DNA of 64,000 bases from Prevotella sp. GTDB taxonomy: Bacteria; Bacteroidota; Bacteroidia; Bacteroidales; Bacteroidaceae. How positions within the stretch are numbered: position 1 is the first letter of the stretch; every line of letters begins with the position of its first letter. The position numbers and the translations under genes are program-made. Where the stretch lies: contig JALFCG010000072.1 of assembly GCA_022771265.1 (NCBI GenBank), positions 1,854-65,853 on the forward strand, given 5' to 3'. Below, one piece after another: positions 10,197 to 19,323 of the stretch. A model generated the notes under the pieces. That model had not been told where the DNA came from. It saw only the letters and a program-made list of their open reading frames with translations, and searched no databases.

Positions 10197-13100
10197 TCAA
10201 TTGATTTTGTATTCCAAGCCTTCTTGCTGGTCGATGTAGTTTATCAGACGGCTTCTGACATCGACAGTCCTTGTACGGCTTTTCAGCAACACGTGCTTTT
10301 TCCCTTGTGAATCACGTAACTGGAAGAACAGCTGTGTCTTACCGGGATATTCCTTTATCAGCTCGTTCAGCTCTTCCACCACCTGCGAGTCAAGTTTGTC
10401 GGTGTTGATGGAGATGGTAAGCTTCGTAAGGATTTTGTCCTTGACTGTCTGCATATAATTGACATCCGTCACCTTAAGATCAAAGATATTGCTGTCGCGG
10501 AACCTTTGCTTCAGCTCTCCAAGTACATATACTGTGGAGCCTTCGACAAACATTCCTGCCCATCGTCCCCAGTCCTCGCCGAACAAAGCCAGCACTCCGC
10601 TGCCATTAAAGTCCTCGATGGTGATGAAACCGCATGGTTTTCCTGTCTTGGTGTATTTCTGGCGTATTCCTGTGACGATACCTCCAAGGACGACCTGTTC
10701 GCGGTCGCTCAGCTTCTGAATGTCCTCCAGTTCCTGGCAAGAGGTGTTGCAAAGGCTGTCGAGTATCACCTTATACTCATCGAGAGGATGTGCTGAGAGG
10801 TATATGCCGACGAGGTCGCGCTCGCGGTTCAGTCGCTCAATGTCGCTCCACCGCTCACCTTTTATTATTGGAGGTGTGGCAATCTCCACGGCGTTGTCGT
10901 CACCGAAGAGAGAGTTTTTTGCCTGCGACATCTCTGCCTGGTAGAGCTGCCCGTATCGCATTAGCGTGTCGATAAACATGTCGCCCTTGTTGTTCTTGGC
11001 GAAAAAATCCTCACGTTTTATTTCGGCGAAGCTGTCGAAGCCTCCGCTGAGCACAAGCGACTCCACGCACTTTCGGTTACAGTTGGAAAGGTTTACGCGC
11101 TGTATGAAGTCGAAGATGTTCTTGTAAGGGCCGTTTTTCTCGCGCTCCTTGATTATCGACTCTGCAGCCGCACCGCCCACGCCCTTTATCGCGCTTATGC
11201 CGAAGCGTATTTCACCCTTTTTGTTGGCGCTGAACTTGCCGCGGCTTTCGTTGACATCGGGTCCGAGGGTAGGTATTCCCATTGCCCTGCACTCGTCCAT
11301 GAGCTTCGTTATTTCACTTATGTTGTCAAGGTTTCGACTCATCACGGCAGCCATGTATTCCGCCGGATAATGCGCCTTGAGGTAAGCCGTCTGGTATGAC
11401 ACCCATGAATAGCACGTGGCGTGACTCTTGTTGAAAGCGTAGGAAGCGAACTTCTCCCAGTCTCCCCAAATTTTTTCCAACACCTTCGGGTCGTGGCCGT
11501 TTTTCTGTCCGCCTTCAATGAACTTTGGCTTCATCGCGTCAACGATAGCTTTTTTCTTCTTTCCCATTGCCTTTCTCAAGGCGTCACTCTCTCCACGTGT
11601 GAAGTCGGCGAGCTGGCGTGAGAGCAACATCACCTGCTCCTGATAGACGGTGATGCCGTAGGTGTCCTTAAGATACTTCTCCATGCACGGGATGTCATAC
11701 TTAATCTCTTCTCTTCCGTTCTTTCGGGCAATGAATGAAGGGATGTAGTCCATAGGTCCCGGTCGGTAGAGTGCATTCATTGCTATAAGGTCCTCAAACA
11801 CAGTTGGATGCAGCTCTCTCAGGTATTTCTGCATACCAGGCGACTCAAACTGGAACGTACCAATGGTCCTTCCGTCGCAATAGAGCTTGTAGGTCAGTTC
11901 GTCGTCGATAGGTATAGTGTCGAGGTCGATGATTTCGCCTTGAGTGATTCTGATGTTCTCGACAGCTTCCTTCATAATCGACAGTGTCTTCAGTCCGAGG
12001 AAGTCCATCTTGATAAGTCCTGTTGACTCGATGACGTGACCGTCGTACTGCGTACATCGCAACTTATGCCCGGGGTCGTTTTTGTCCTCCGCCACCGACA
12101 CTGGCACCCAGTCGCTGATTTTGTCGCGGCAGATGATGAATCCGCAGGCGTGTATTCCCGTACCTCTTACCGTTCCCTCCAGCATCTTTGCATATTCCAT
12201 TGTGTTGTGGAGCTTCGGGTCGGAGCTTGCCTCTGCGTCCTTCAGTTCCGGGATGCACTTAATGGCGTTGCCAAGGTTCATCTTCAAGCCGTCGGGCAGC
12301 TTGTCGGGGATGAGCTTGCAGAGCCAGTTGGCTTTTTCCAATGGCAACTTTTCCACACGTGCCACGTCCTTTATGGAGTTTTTCGTTGCCATCGTGCCAT
12401 AGGTTATGATGTGTGCACAGTTCTCATGTCCGTACTTGTCCTCCACCCATTCGAGCACTCTCCCTCGACCGTCGTCATCGAAGTCGGTGTCGATATCGGG
12501 CAATGAAATACGGTCGGGATTGAGGAAACGCTCAAACAGGAGGTCGTACTTTATTGGGTCAATCTTTGTGATGCCAAGACAATAAGCCACCACGGAGCCC
12601 GCAGCGGAGCCACGTCCCGGTCCTACCATCACTCCAAGCTCGTCTCGTGCCGAGTTGATAAAGTCCTGAACGATAAGGAAGTATCCCGGGAAGCCCATTG
12701 TTTTCATGATGTGCAGCTCGAAACGAATGCGGTCGTCAACCTCTTTCGAGAGAGGCATGGGGTAAAGCTTCGCCGCCCCCTCGTACGCCAATTTAGAAAG
12801 ATAGTCCGCCTCAAACTTTATTCGATAGAGCTTGTCGTAGCCGCCGAGCTTGGCGATTTTTTTCTCACCCTCCTCTCGCAGCAGCTGGTTCTCGCCGTTC
12901 TCGTCCGACGTGAACTCCTTGAACAAGTCCTCTTCCGTGAACCTTGCCCTCCACTGCTCTTCCGTTCCGAACTCCTCCGGTATAGGGAAGAACGGCATGA
13001 TGGGTGGATTTTCGATGTTGTAGAACTCCACCTTGTCAAGAATCTCTATAGTGTTGGAGAGCGCTTCTGGCACATCGGCGAACACCTCGTTCATCTCCTC

Positions 13101-13919
13101 TCTTGTCTTGAACCATTCTTGTTTCGAGTAGAGCATTCTTGTCGGGTCGTCAAGGTCCTTTCCTGTCGAGAGACATAGCAGGTGGTCGTGCGCCTCGGCG
13201 TTTTCCTGGTCAACAAAGTGCGCGTCGTTTGAGCAGATGACCTTTATGCCGTATTCCTTTGCAAGTTCCAAAAGCACCTTGTTGGCTTTCTGCTGCAAAG
13301 GGAAGGTGTCGCGGTTCGCTCTTATCGACGGGTCTTTCACCTCGTGCCTTTGCAACTCGAGGTAATAGTCATCACCGAACACTCTCTTGTACCACTCTAT
13401 AGCTTCTCGTGCTCCCTCGATGTCGTCCTGTAGAATTTTCCTTGGCACTTCTCCTGCGATGCATGCCGAGCAAACGATAAGGTCCTCGTGATATTTTTCA
13501 AGTTCAAATCGGTCGGTACGCGGCCTCCCGTAGAATCCATCGACCCATGCGTTCGAGACGAGTTTGATAAGATTCTTATAGCCGTTATAGTTTTTTGCCA
13601 GCACGATGAGGTGGTACCCGCTTCTGTCCCCGTTGTCCTTGTTTTTGTCCTCCTTTCTGTGACGTGCCACATACATCTCACATCCGAAGATGGGCTTGAA
13701 CGGTTCAAGTCCATCTTTCTTTCTCCCTCCATTGACCTTGTTGCAATAGTCGAAGAATTCCTTTATTCCAAACATGTCTCCATGGTCAGTGACAGCCATT
13801 CCCTTCATGCCGTTGGCAACAGCCTTATCTACGAGCTTGGCAATACTCGACTGTCCGTCAAGTATGGAGTAGTATGTGTGTACGTGAAGATGTATAAAAT
13901 CTTGCATTTTTCGCGTCAT
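10197..13919 (-). CDS. dnaE: DNA polymerase III subunit alpha
   Basis: 1240 aa. N-terminal PHP domain (HLHVHTYYSILDG) and a full-length DnaE-like sequence. Alternative ATG lies 4 codons in. Confidence 0.97.
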   Translation of the reverse strand: MTRKMQDFIHLHVHTYYSILDGQSSIAKLVDKAVANGMKGMAVTDHGDMFGIKEFFDYCNKVNGGRKKDGLEPFKPIFGCEMYVARHRKEDKNKDNGDRSGYHLIVLAKNYNGYKNLIKLVSNAWVDGFYGRPRTDRFELEKYHEDLIVCSACIAGEVPRKILQDDIEGAREAIEWYKRVFGDDYYLELQRHEVKDPSIRANRDTFPLQQKANKVLLELAKEYGIKVICSNDAHFVDQENAEAHDHLLCLSTGKDLDDPTRMLYSKQEWFKTREEMNEVFADVPEALSNTIEILDKVEFYNIENPPIMPFFPIPEEFGTEEQWRARFTEEDLFKEFTSDENGENQLLREEGEKKIAKLGGYDKLYRIKFEADYLSKLAYEGAAKLYPMPLSKEVDDRIRFELHIMKTMGFPGYFLIVQDFINSARDELGVMVGPGRGSAAGSVVAYCLGITKIDPIKYDLLFERFLNPDRISLPDIDTDFDDDGRGRVLEWVEDKYGHENCAHIITYGTMATKNSIKDVARVEKLPLEKANWLCKLIPDKLPDGLKMNLGNAIKCIPELKDAEASSDPKLHNTMEYAKMLEGTVRGTGIHACGFIICRDKISDWVPVSVAEDKNDPGHKLRCTQYDGHVIESTGLIKMDFLGLKTLSIMKEAVENIRITQGEIIDLDTIPIDDELTYKLYCDGRTIGTFQFESPGMQKYLRELHPTVFEDLIAMNALYRPGPMDYIPSFIARKNGREEIKYDIPCMEKYLKDTYGITVYQEQVMLLSRQLADFTRGESDALRKAMGKKKKAIVDAMKPKFIEGGQKNGHDPKVLEKIWGDWEKFASYAFNKSHATCYSWVSYQTAYLKAHYPAEYMAAVMSRNLDNISEITKLMDECRAMGIPTLGPDVNESRGKFSANKKGEIRFGISAIKGVGGAAAESIIKEREKNGPYKNIFDFIQRVNLSNCNRKCVESLVLSGGFDSFAEIKREDFFAKNNKGDMFIDTLMRYGQLYQAEMSQAKNSLFGDDNAVEIATPPIIKGERWSDIERLNRERDLVGIYLSAHPLDEYKVILDSLCNTSCQELEDIQKLSDREQVVLGGIVTGIRQKYTKTGKPCGFITIEDFNGSGVLALFGEDWGRWAGMFVEGSTVYVLGELKQRFRDSNIFDLKVTDVNYMQTVKDKILTKLTISINTDKLDSQVVEELNELIKEYPGKTQLFFQLRDSQGKKHVLLKSRTRTVDVRSRLINYIDQQEGLEYKIN

Positions 13920-14007
13920 TTGTTGTTTTCAAGGTGTAAAGTTACGGTTATTCTGCGAAATAACCAAAAGAAATCGCAAAAAGTTTGCTTAATAGCCAAA
14001 AAAGATG

Positions 14008-14015
14008 TATCTTTG
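14008..14015 (+). promoter_or_regulatory. -7 promoter box TATCTTTG
   Basis: Matches TAnnTTTG, 31 nt upstream of the psd ATG. Confidence 0.6.
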
Positions 14016-14045
14016 CAGTGCAAATAACAATCAACGCGTTACCCC

Positions 14046-14738
14046 ATGGGAAAAAGAATAAGAAAACTAAAGAAACAAAGGATACACAGAGAAGGCACCG
14101 GAACACTAACGTACAGCATGGCTTGTATAGCTGCGGTAGCATTTCTGTTGCACTGGTTCGAGGTAGGTCCAGCGGTCTTTTGGGCGTTTGTGGCAGTCTT
14201 CGGCACTGTATGGGCTATAGTGCTGAATTTCTACCGTTGTCCGAAGCGTGAGTTCGCCGGCGATACCGAACTTGTTGTAGTGGCTCCTGCCGACGGAAAG
14301 GTGGTAGTTGTTGAGGAAGTCCAGGAGAATGAGTATTTCCACGACCGCCGCCTGATGATTTCGATTTTCATGAGTTTGTTTAACGTCCACGCCAACTGGT
14401 TTCCTGTTGACGGCAGGGTAAAGTTCGTGAAACACCGCGACGGCAACTTCCATAAGGCATGGCTTCCTAAGGCGAGCGAGGAGAACGAGCACGCCGACGT
14501 GATGATAACGACCCCAGAAGGCGAAGACATACTTTGCCGTCAGATTGCCGGTGCTATGGCTCGCCGCATCGTCACCTACGCCAAGGAAGGCGAGGAGTGC
14601 TTCATCGACGAGCACCTTGGCTTCATCAAGCTCGGCTCTCGTGTTGACGTTTATCTTCCACTTGGCAGCGAGCCTTGCGTAAAAGTGGGTCAATTCACCA
14701 CTGGCGACCTCACGGTTCTTGCCAAGCTGCCACAGTAA
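14046..14738 (+). CDS. psd: phosphatidylserine decarboxylase family protein
   Basis: 230 aa. N-terminal TM segments and an LGSRVD self-cleavage-type motif. Adjacent to pssA. Confidence 0.88.
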   Translation: MGKRIRKLKKQRIHREGTGTLTYSMACIAAVAFLLHWFEVGPAVFWAFVAVFGTVWAIVLNFYRCPKREFAGDTELVVVAPADGKVVVVEEVQENEYFHDRRLMISIFMSLFNVHANWFPVDGRVKFVKHRDGNFHKAWLPKASEENEHADVMITTPEGEDILCRQIAGAMARRIVTYAKEGEECFIDEHLGFIKLGSRVDVYLPLGSEPCVKVGQFTTGDLTVLAKLPQ

Positions 14739-14759
14739 TCTATATAAAATAATGTATTA

Positions 14760-15473
14760 ATGGCAAACTGCATTACAAAGCATATACCCAACGCCCTCAC
14801 CTCAAGCAATCTTGTTTGTGGATGTATATCTACGGCGTTCGCCTTTGGCGGATGCTATGAAAAGGCGTTGCTGTTCATCATTCTCGGAGCCGCGTTCGAC
14901 TTTTTTGACGGCATGAGCGCCCGCCTGCTTAATGTGTCGTCGCCAATAGGCAAGGAGCTTGACTCTCTTGCCGACGATGTCACCTTTGGCGTTGCTCCGT
15001 CAGCCATGGTGTTCGGTGTGCTTTACACTCACGAATACCCGGAATGGCTTACATCCCTTAGCCCCCTCTTGCCCTATTTGGCATTCGTCATGGCAGCATT
15101 CTCCGCCATCCGTCTTGCCAAGTTCAATCTCGACGAGCGTCAGGCAACATCGTTCATCGGTGTCCCCACCCCAGCCAATGCCTTGTTCTGGGGAGCGTTG
15201 GTTGTTGGCTGCGACGGTCTTTTGTCCGCCTCGTCCTACATGGTGCTTGTCATTCTTGCGATGGTGTTCGTGAGCAGTTGGCTTCTTGTTGCAGAGTTGC
15301 CTCTTTTCGCCTTGAAATTCAAGCATTGGGGTTGGAAGGGCAACGAAGTGAAATATGTGTTCATCATCTCGTCTATTCCTCTCTTGCTTCTGCTTGGCGT
15401 GGCAGGTATTGCCGTTGTCATCGGATGGTACGTAGTTCTTTCAATTGTTTCCAACCAGTACAAATTGTCATGA
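14760..15473 (+). CDS. pssA: CDP-diacylglycerol--serine O-phosphatidyltransferase
   Basis: 237 aa. CDP-alcohol phosphatidyltransferase motif DFFDGMSAR...GKELDSLAD; multi-TM. Confidence 0.9.
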   Translation: MANCITKHIPNALTSSNLVCGCISTAFAFGGCYEKALLFIILGAAFDFFDGMSARLLNVSSPIGKELDSLADDVTFGVAPSAMVFGVLYTHEYPEWLTSLSPLLPYLAFVMAAFSAIRLAKFNLDERQATSFIGVPTPANALFWGALVVGCDGLLSASSYMVLVILAMVFVSSWLLVAELPLFALKFKHWGWKGNEVKYVFIISSIPLLLLLGVAGIAVVIGWYVVLSIVSNQYKLS

Positions 15474-15477
15474 CGCT

Positions 15478-15834
15478 ATGTTAAAAGGATTGTTGATGTT
15501 TATTGTGATCATACTGATAGTGGTCAGCATCATTGTGCTGATAGCTGTCAATTTCGTGTTAAGGCTTCTCAGGAGAATGAGGAAGATTGCCAACGGTGAC
15601 TTCGAGGCAGAGAAAGAACAGGAACGCCGTTCTACCTCACGTCATCAGAGCCAGTATGCTTTCCGCGGTGGCAAGAAGGCAGGTGCCAGTCAGGGTAGCC
15701 AAGGCGATGGTGGCTATCAACAGACCTACGATGCTGAAGGAAAGGTGATTATCGACAATCGTCGTCCTACGGAACGTAATCGTAAGATTATTTCCGACAA
15801 TGAGGGTGAATACGTGGAGTTTACTGAAGAGTAA
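15478..15834 (+). CDS. small membrane protein, DUF4834-like
   Basis: I prefer the ATG just after the pssA stop; the track ORF starts at 15445. One TM helix, a basic stretch and a C-terminal GEYVEFTEE tail typical of the family found after pssA in Bacteroidales. Confidence 0.65.
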   Translation: MLKGLLMFIVIILIVVSIIVLIAVNFVLRLLRRMRKIANGDFEAEKEQERRSTSRHQSQYAFRGGKKAGASQGSQGDGGYQQTYDAEGKVIIDNRRPTERNRKIISDNEGEYVEFTEE

Positions 15835-15892
15835 TAATTATCATAAGGGGGATAAAGTTATTATAAGCAGTAAGTTATGACTTACGCTTGCC

Positions 15893-15933
15893 ACCGGGAG
15901 CATGTGGAAATTCGCGCTCCCGGTGTTTTTTTT
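15893..15933 (+). terminator. rho-independent terminator
   Basis: CACCGGGAGC-N13-GCTCCCGGTG followed by T8. Confidence 0.75.
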
Positions 15934-15946
15934 GCATGTATTTCTG

Positions 15947-16657
15947 TCAGTTGTGAACCAAGGTGCCGATGGGTTCTCCGTCCATCACCTTTTTCAGGTT
16001 GCCCACGATGTCCATGTTGAAGACGTAGATAGGAAGGTTGTTTTCCTTGCACATGGTAGTGGCAGTAAGGTCCATGACCTTTAGCCCCCGAGTGTAGATT
16101 TCATCGTAGGTGATGTCGCTGAACTTTGTAGCTGAAGGGTCCTTTTCGGGGTCGGCAGTGTAGATTCCATCCACGCGTGTGCCTTTGAGCATGACGTCAG
16201 CCTCAATTTCTATACCCCTAAGCGACGACCCCGTGTCGGTAGTGAAGTAAGGGCTACCGGTTCCGGCAGAGAAGATGCATACATATCCGTTTTCCATTGC
16301 CTCAATAGCCTTCCACTTGGTGTAGAACTCACCTATCGGCTCCATTCGAATGGCAGTGAGCACTTTGGTTTTCACCCCGATGGCTCCGAGAGCGGAGCTG
16401 AGCGCGAGCGAGTTGATGACCGTTGCGCACATACCCATCTGGTCTCCCTTGACTCTGTCGAATCCTTTCTGCGACCCGCTGAGCCCCCTGAAAATGTTTC
16501 CACCTCCGATGACAATGCCTATTTGCACTCCCATGTCGCTTACTTCCTTTATCTGCCTTGCATAGTCAGCGAGGCGTTCTGGGTCGATGCCGAAATTCTG
16601 TTTGCCCATGAGGCTTTCACCGCTGAGCTTCAAAAGTATTCTTTTGTACTTTGCCAT
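15947..16657 (-). CDS. pyrH: UMP kinase
   Basis: 236 aa. KRILLKLSGE and GGGNIFRG motifs. Confidence 0.95.
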   Translation of the reverse strand: MAKYKRILLKLSGESLMGKQNFGIDPERLADYARQIKEVSDMGVQIGIVIGGGNIFRGLSGSQKGFDRVKGDQMGMCATVINSLALSSALGAIGVKTKVLTAIRMEPIGEFYTKWKAIEAMENGYVCIFSAGTGSPYFTTDTGSSLRGIEIEADVMLKGTRVDGIYTADPEKDPSATKFSDITYDEIYTRGLKVMDLTATTMCKENNLPIYVFNMDIVGNLKKVMDGEPIGTLVHN

Positions 16658-16674
16658 ATATAAGTAATTTAAAT

Positions 16675-16970
16675 AAAGTTTCCTACCCTTTAGTATAGCA
16701 TACTATATAATCTTTTCATAGCACCCCACTGCATGACAGTAATTTGGATCTCCCCCTAAGATAGGGGGAGTCCCCCAAAGGGGGGAGGGAGTATGAAAAC
16801 GTCAGCACTAGCTCGTTTGACAAATGCTTTTGCTGGAAGCTTGCGCTGAAGGCTCGTGCTGGAAGCTTCTGCTGGAAGGTCATACGCCCCCGTCACTTCG
16901 TGACACCCCCTCTATCTTAGAGGGGGAGCAAGGTTCCCTACTGCATTGAAAATGGCGGGAAAGTTCAGTA
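16675..16970 (+). mobile_element. MITE-like palindromic repeat, copy A (full length, 4 central 13-nt subrepeats)
   Basis: Aligns end to end with copies at 30951-31242, 26637-26894(-), 26233-26423(-), 35308-35493 and 63973-64000. Flanked by TAATTTAA / TAATTTTG. Confidence 0.7.
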
Positions 16971-17011
16971 ATTTTGATTTCGCAAGTTCTCAATATTTCG
17001 GGAATTACTGA

Positions 17012-17072
17012 GTTACGGTGTTACGCAGTTACACTGTTACGCAGTTACAGTGTTACGCAGTTACGGTGTTAC
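17012..17072 (+). repeat. tandem array (GTTACNNN) x8
   Basis: GTTAC at 17012, 17020, 17028 ... 17068, with exact 8-nt period. Spacers are GGT GCA ACT GCA AGT GCA GGT. The last units encode the birA C-terminus and stop. Confidence 0.9.
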
Positions 17073-17822
17073 TCTGAACATCACTTCCTTGAAGGCGTAT
17101 TCCGAGATCTTACCGTCACGTCGGTGTAGAAGGAGGTGGCCGTTGGGCATGATGTCGGCGATTTCAGCCTCAAAGCAGCCTGTGGAGTCTTCGTAGGGGA
17201 AGAAGCCATGGCTGCGGTAGAGGTTCTGCTTGTATGCATCGTCGATGGCAGCATAGTCGCCGTTGTCGATAATGTCAAGATAGTGCCCCATCCTTTCGAT
17301 GATGTCTTTCAACAACAGTTCCCGCTCTGTTTCCCTGCCTGTTATCAGGATGACTGAGACGGGGTTTGGAGCGTCGCTGATGAATAGTTGCTGATTAACG
17401 TTGACACCAATTCCGAGTATGCAAGTCTTGATACCCTCTCCGGCGACCGAACATTCCGACAGCGTTCCGCTGACCTTGAAGTCCTTCCAGTAGATGTCGT
17501 TAGGCCACTTGATAGTGAAGTTGTCATCGTCAGTCAACGCTTTCAATGCGTCTCTGACGGCGAGCGCCCCAGCCTCAAGCATGACATACTGCCTTGCCGC
17601 AGGTAGTTTATTGGGATGACACATGATGCTGAACGTGAGGTTTTTTCCCTTTTCGCTCTCCCAGTGGTTTTTTCCCTGTCCGCGTCCTGCAGTCTGGAAG
17701 TCAGCGACAGCCACCGTCATCCGTTTTCCCTGCAGTCCTTTGTAGGAATGCAGGAAAGCGTTGGTTGAGTTGACCTCGTCAAGATGTAACAGTACTGTAT
17801 TCTGAGCCATTGTCGTCACCAT
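17061..17822 (-). CDS. birA: biotin--[acetyl-CoA-carboxylase] ligase (no N-terminal HTH)
   Basis: 253 aa with GRGQGKNHWES motif. Alternative ATG at 17810. Confidence 0.85.
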   Translation of the reverse strand: MVTTMAQNTVLLHLDEVNSTNAFLHSYKGLQGKRMTVAVADFQTAGRGQGKNHWESEKGKNLTFSIMCHPNKLPAARQYVMLEAGALAVRDALKALTDDDNFTIKWPNDIYWKDFKVSGTLSECSVAGEGIKTCILGIGVNVNQQLFISDAPNPVSVILITGRETERELLLKDIIERMGHYLDIIDNGDYAAIDDAYKQNLYRSHGFFPYEDSTGCFEAEIADIMPNGHLLLHRRDGKISEYAFKEVMFRVTP

Positions 17823-17826
17823 CGTG

Positions 17827-18015
17827 TCACCTGTGCCTGTTGGCCCGCTGTTCCCGGTATTTTGCCTTTTGCTTTGCCGACCCGCTTCCGTGAGCTCCAG
17901 TGATGTATTTTTTCTTTTTCGCTTTTGTCTTTACCTTTCCGGCATTATTGTCATCCCTGGGCTTTCCCTTGAACACGAGTCCTCCTCCGGCGATTATTTC
18001 GTCGATGTCAGCCAT
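17827..18015 (-). CDS. hypothetical small basic protein
   Basis: 62 aa, Lys/Arg-rich. Tightly packed between the AICARFT stop (18026) and the birA start (17822). No recognisable domain. Confidence 0.4.
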   Translation of the reverse strand: MADIDEIIAGGGLVFKGKPRDDNNAGKVKTKAKKKKYITGAHGSGSAKQKAKYREQRANRHR

Positions 18016-18025
18016 AAGCCACAGA

Positions 18026-19207
18026 TTAATGATGGAATAGTCTTACCCCTGTGAATGCCATTGCGATGCCGTACTTGTCGCATGTCTCTATGACATTGTC
18101 GTCGCGTACAGAGCCTCCGGCCTGTGCTATGAACTTCACTCCACTCTTGTGTGCCCGCTCAATGTTGTCGCCGAACGGGAAGAAAGCGTCGCTTCCGAGC
18201 GCTACGTTGGTGTTTTTTGCTATCCATTCTTTCTTTTCCTCGACGGTCAGCACCTCGGGTTTCTCTTTGAAGAACATCTGCCATGTTCCTTCACGCAGCA
18301 CGTCGTCGTGGTCTTCACTGATATATACGTCGATGGTGTTGTCCCTGTCGGCTCGTCTTATTTTGTCGATGAAAGGGAGGTTCATCACCTTCGGATGCTG
18401 TCTTAGCCACCAGATGTCGGCTTTGTTTCCTGCGAGCCTTGTGCAGTGTATTCTGCTTTGCTGTCCTGCTCCGATTCCGATGGCCTGTCCGTCCTTCACG
18501 TAGCATACGGAGTTGCTCTGTGTGTATTTAAGGGTGATGAGAGCGATGATGAGGTCTCTTTTTGCCTCGTCGGTAAAAGACTTGTTGGCAGTTGGAATGT
18601 TCTCAAAGAGTGCCGGGTCGTCAAGTTTCACCTCGTTTCTTCCCTGTTCGAAAGTGATGCCGAACACCTGTTTTCTTTCTATTGGCTCAGGCACATAGTC
18701 GGGGTCAATCTTTATGACATTGTAAGTGCCTTTTCTCTTATCCTTGAGTATTTCGAGTGCCTCGGGAGTATAGTCAGGAGCGATGACTCCGTCGCTGACC
18801 TCTCTTTTGATGAGCAGTGCCGTAGCCTTGTCGCATGTGTCGCTCAGAGCCACGAAGTCACCATACGAGCTCATTCTGTCGGCGCCTCTTGCCCTTGCGT
18901 ATGCGCAAGCGACGGGTGACAGTTCCACGTTGATGTCATCGACGAAATACACCTTCTTCAGTGTGTCGTCCAGTGGCAGTCCGACGGCAGCTCCTGCTGG
19001 TGAGACGTGCTTGAAGGACGCAGCCGCCGGCAGTCCTGTAGCAGCCTTTAGTTCCTTGACGAGTTGCCAGCTGTTGAATGCGTCGAGGAAGTTTATGTAT
19101 CCCGGTCTTCCGTTGAGCACTTCAATAGGGAGTTCACCTTCAGTCATGTAAATACGTGAAGGCTTTTGGTTCGGATTGCATCCGTACTTCAATTCTAGTT
19201 CTTTCAT
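18026..19207 (-). CDS. phosphoribosylaminoimidazolecarboxamide formyltransferase (short AICARFT-only PurH-like form)
   Basis: 393 aa. N-terminus MKELELKYGCNPNQ is typical of the roughly 390-aa AICARFT family that lacks the MGS/IMP cyclohydrolase domain. Confidence 0.82.
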   Translation of the reverse strand: MKELELKYGCNPNQKPSRIYMTEGELPIEVLNGRPGYINFLDAFNSWQLVKELKAATGLPAAASFKHVSPAGAAVGLPLDDTLKKVYFVDDINVELSPVACAYARARGADRMSSYGDFVALSDTCDKATALLIKREVSDGVIAPDYTPEALEILKDKRKGTYNVIKIDPDYVPEPIERKQVFGITFEQGRNEVKLDDPALFENIPTANKSFTDEAKRDLIIALITLKYTQSNSVCYVKDGQAIGIGAGQQSRIHCTRLAGNKADIWWLRQHPKVMNLPFIDKIRRADRDNTIDVYISEDHDDVLREGTWQMFFKEKPEVLTVEEKKEWIAKNTNVALGSDAFFPFGDNIERAHKSGVKFIAQAGGSVRDDNVIETCDKYGIAMAFTGVRLFHH

Positions 19208-19241
19208 GTCAAAATTAATGTGTATTTATCGTATTTTGGCG

Positions 19242-19249
19242 CAAAGATA
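19242..19249 (-). promoter_or_regulatory. -7 promoter box TATCTTTG
   Basis: Plus strand reads CAAAGATA, 35 nt upstream of the ATG at 19207. Confidence 0.6.
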
Positions 19250-19323
19250 CTCATTTTTTTGCAATTGGCGTTCTTTTTGGCTTATTTTCTTCATTTTTTG
19301 TGGTATAAAAACTTTGCCGTGGC

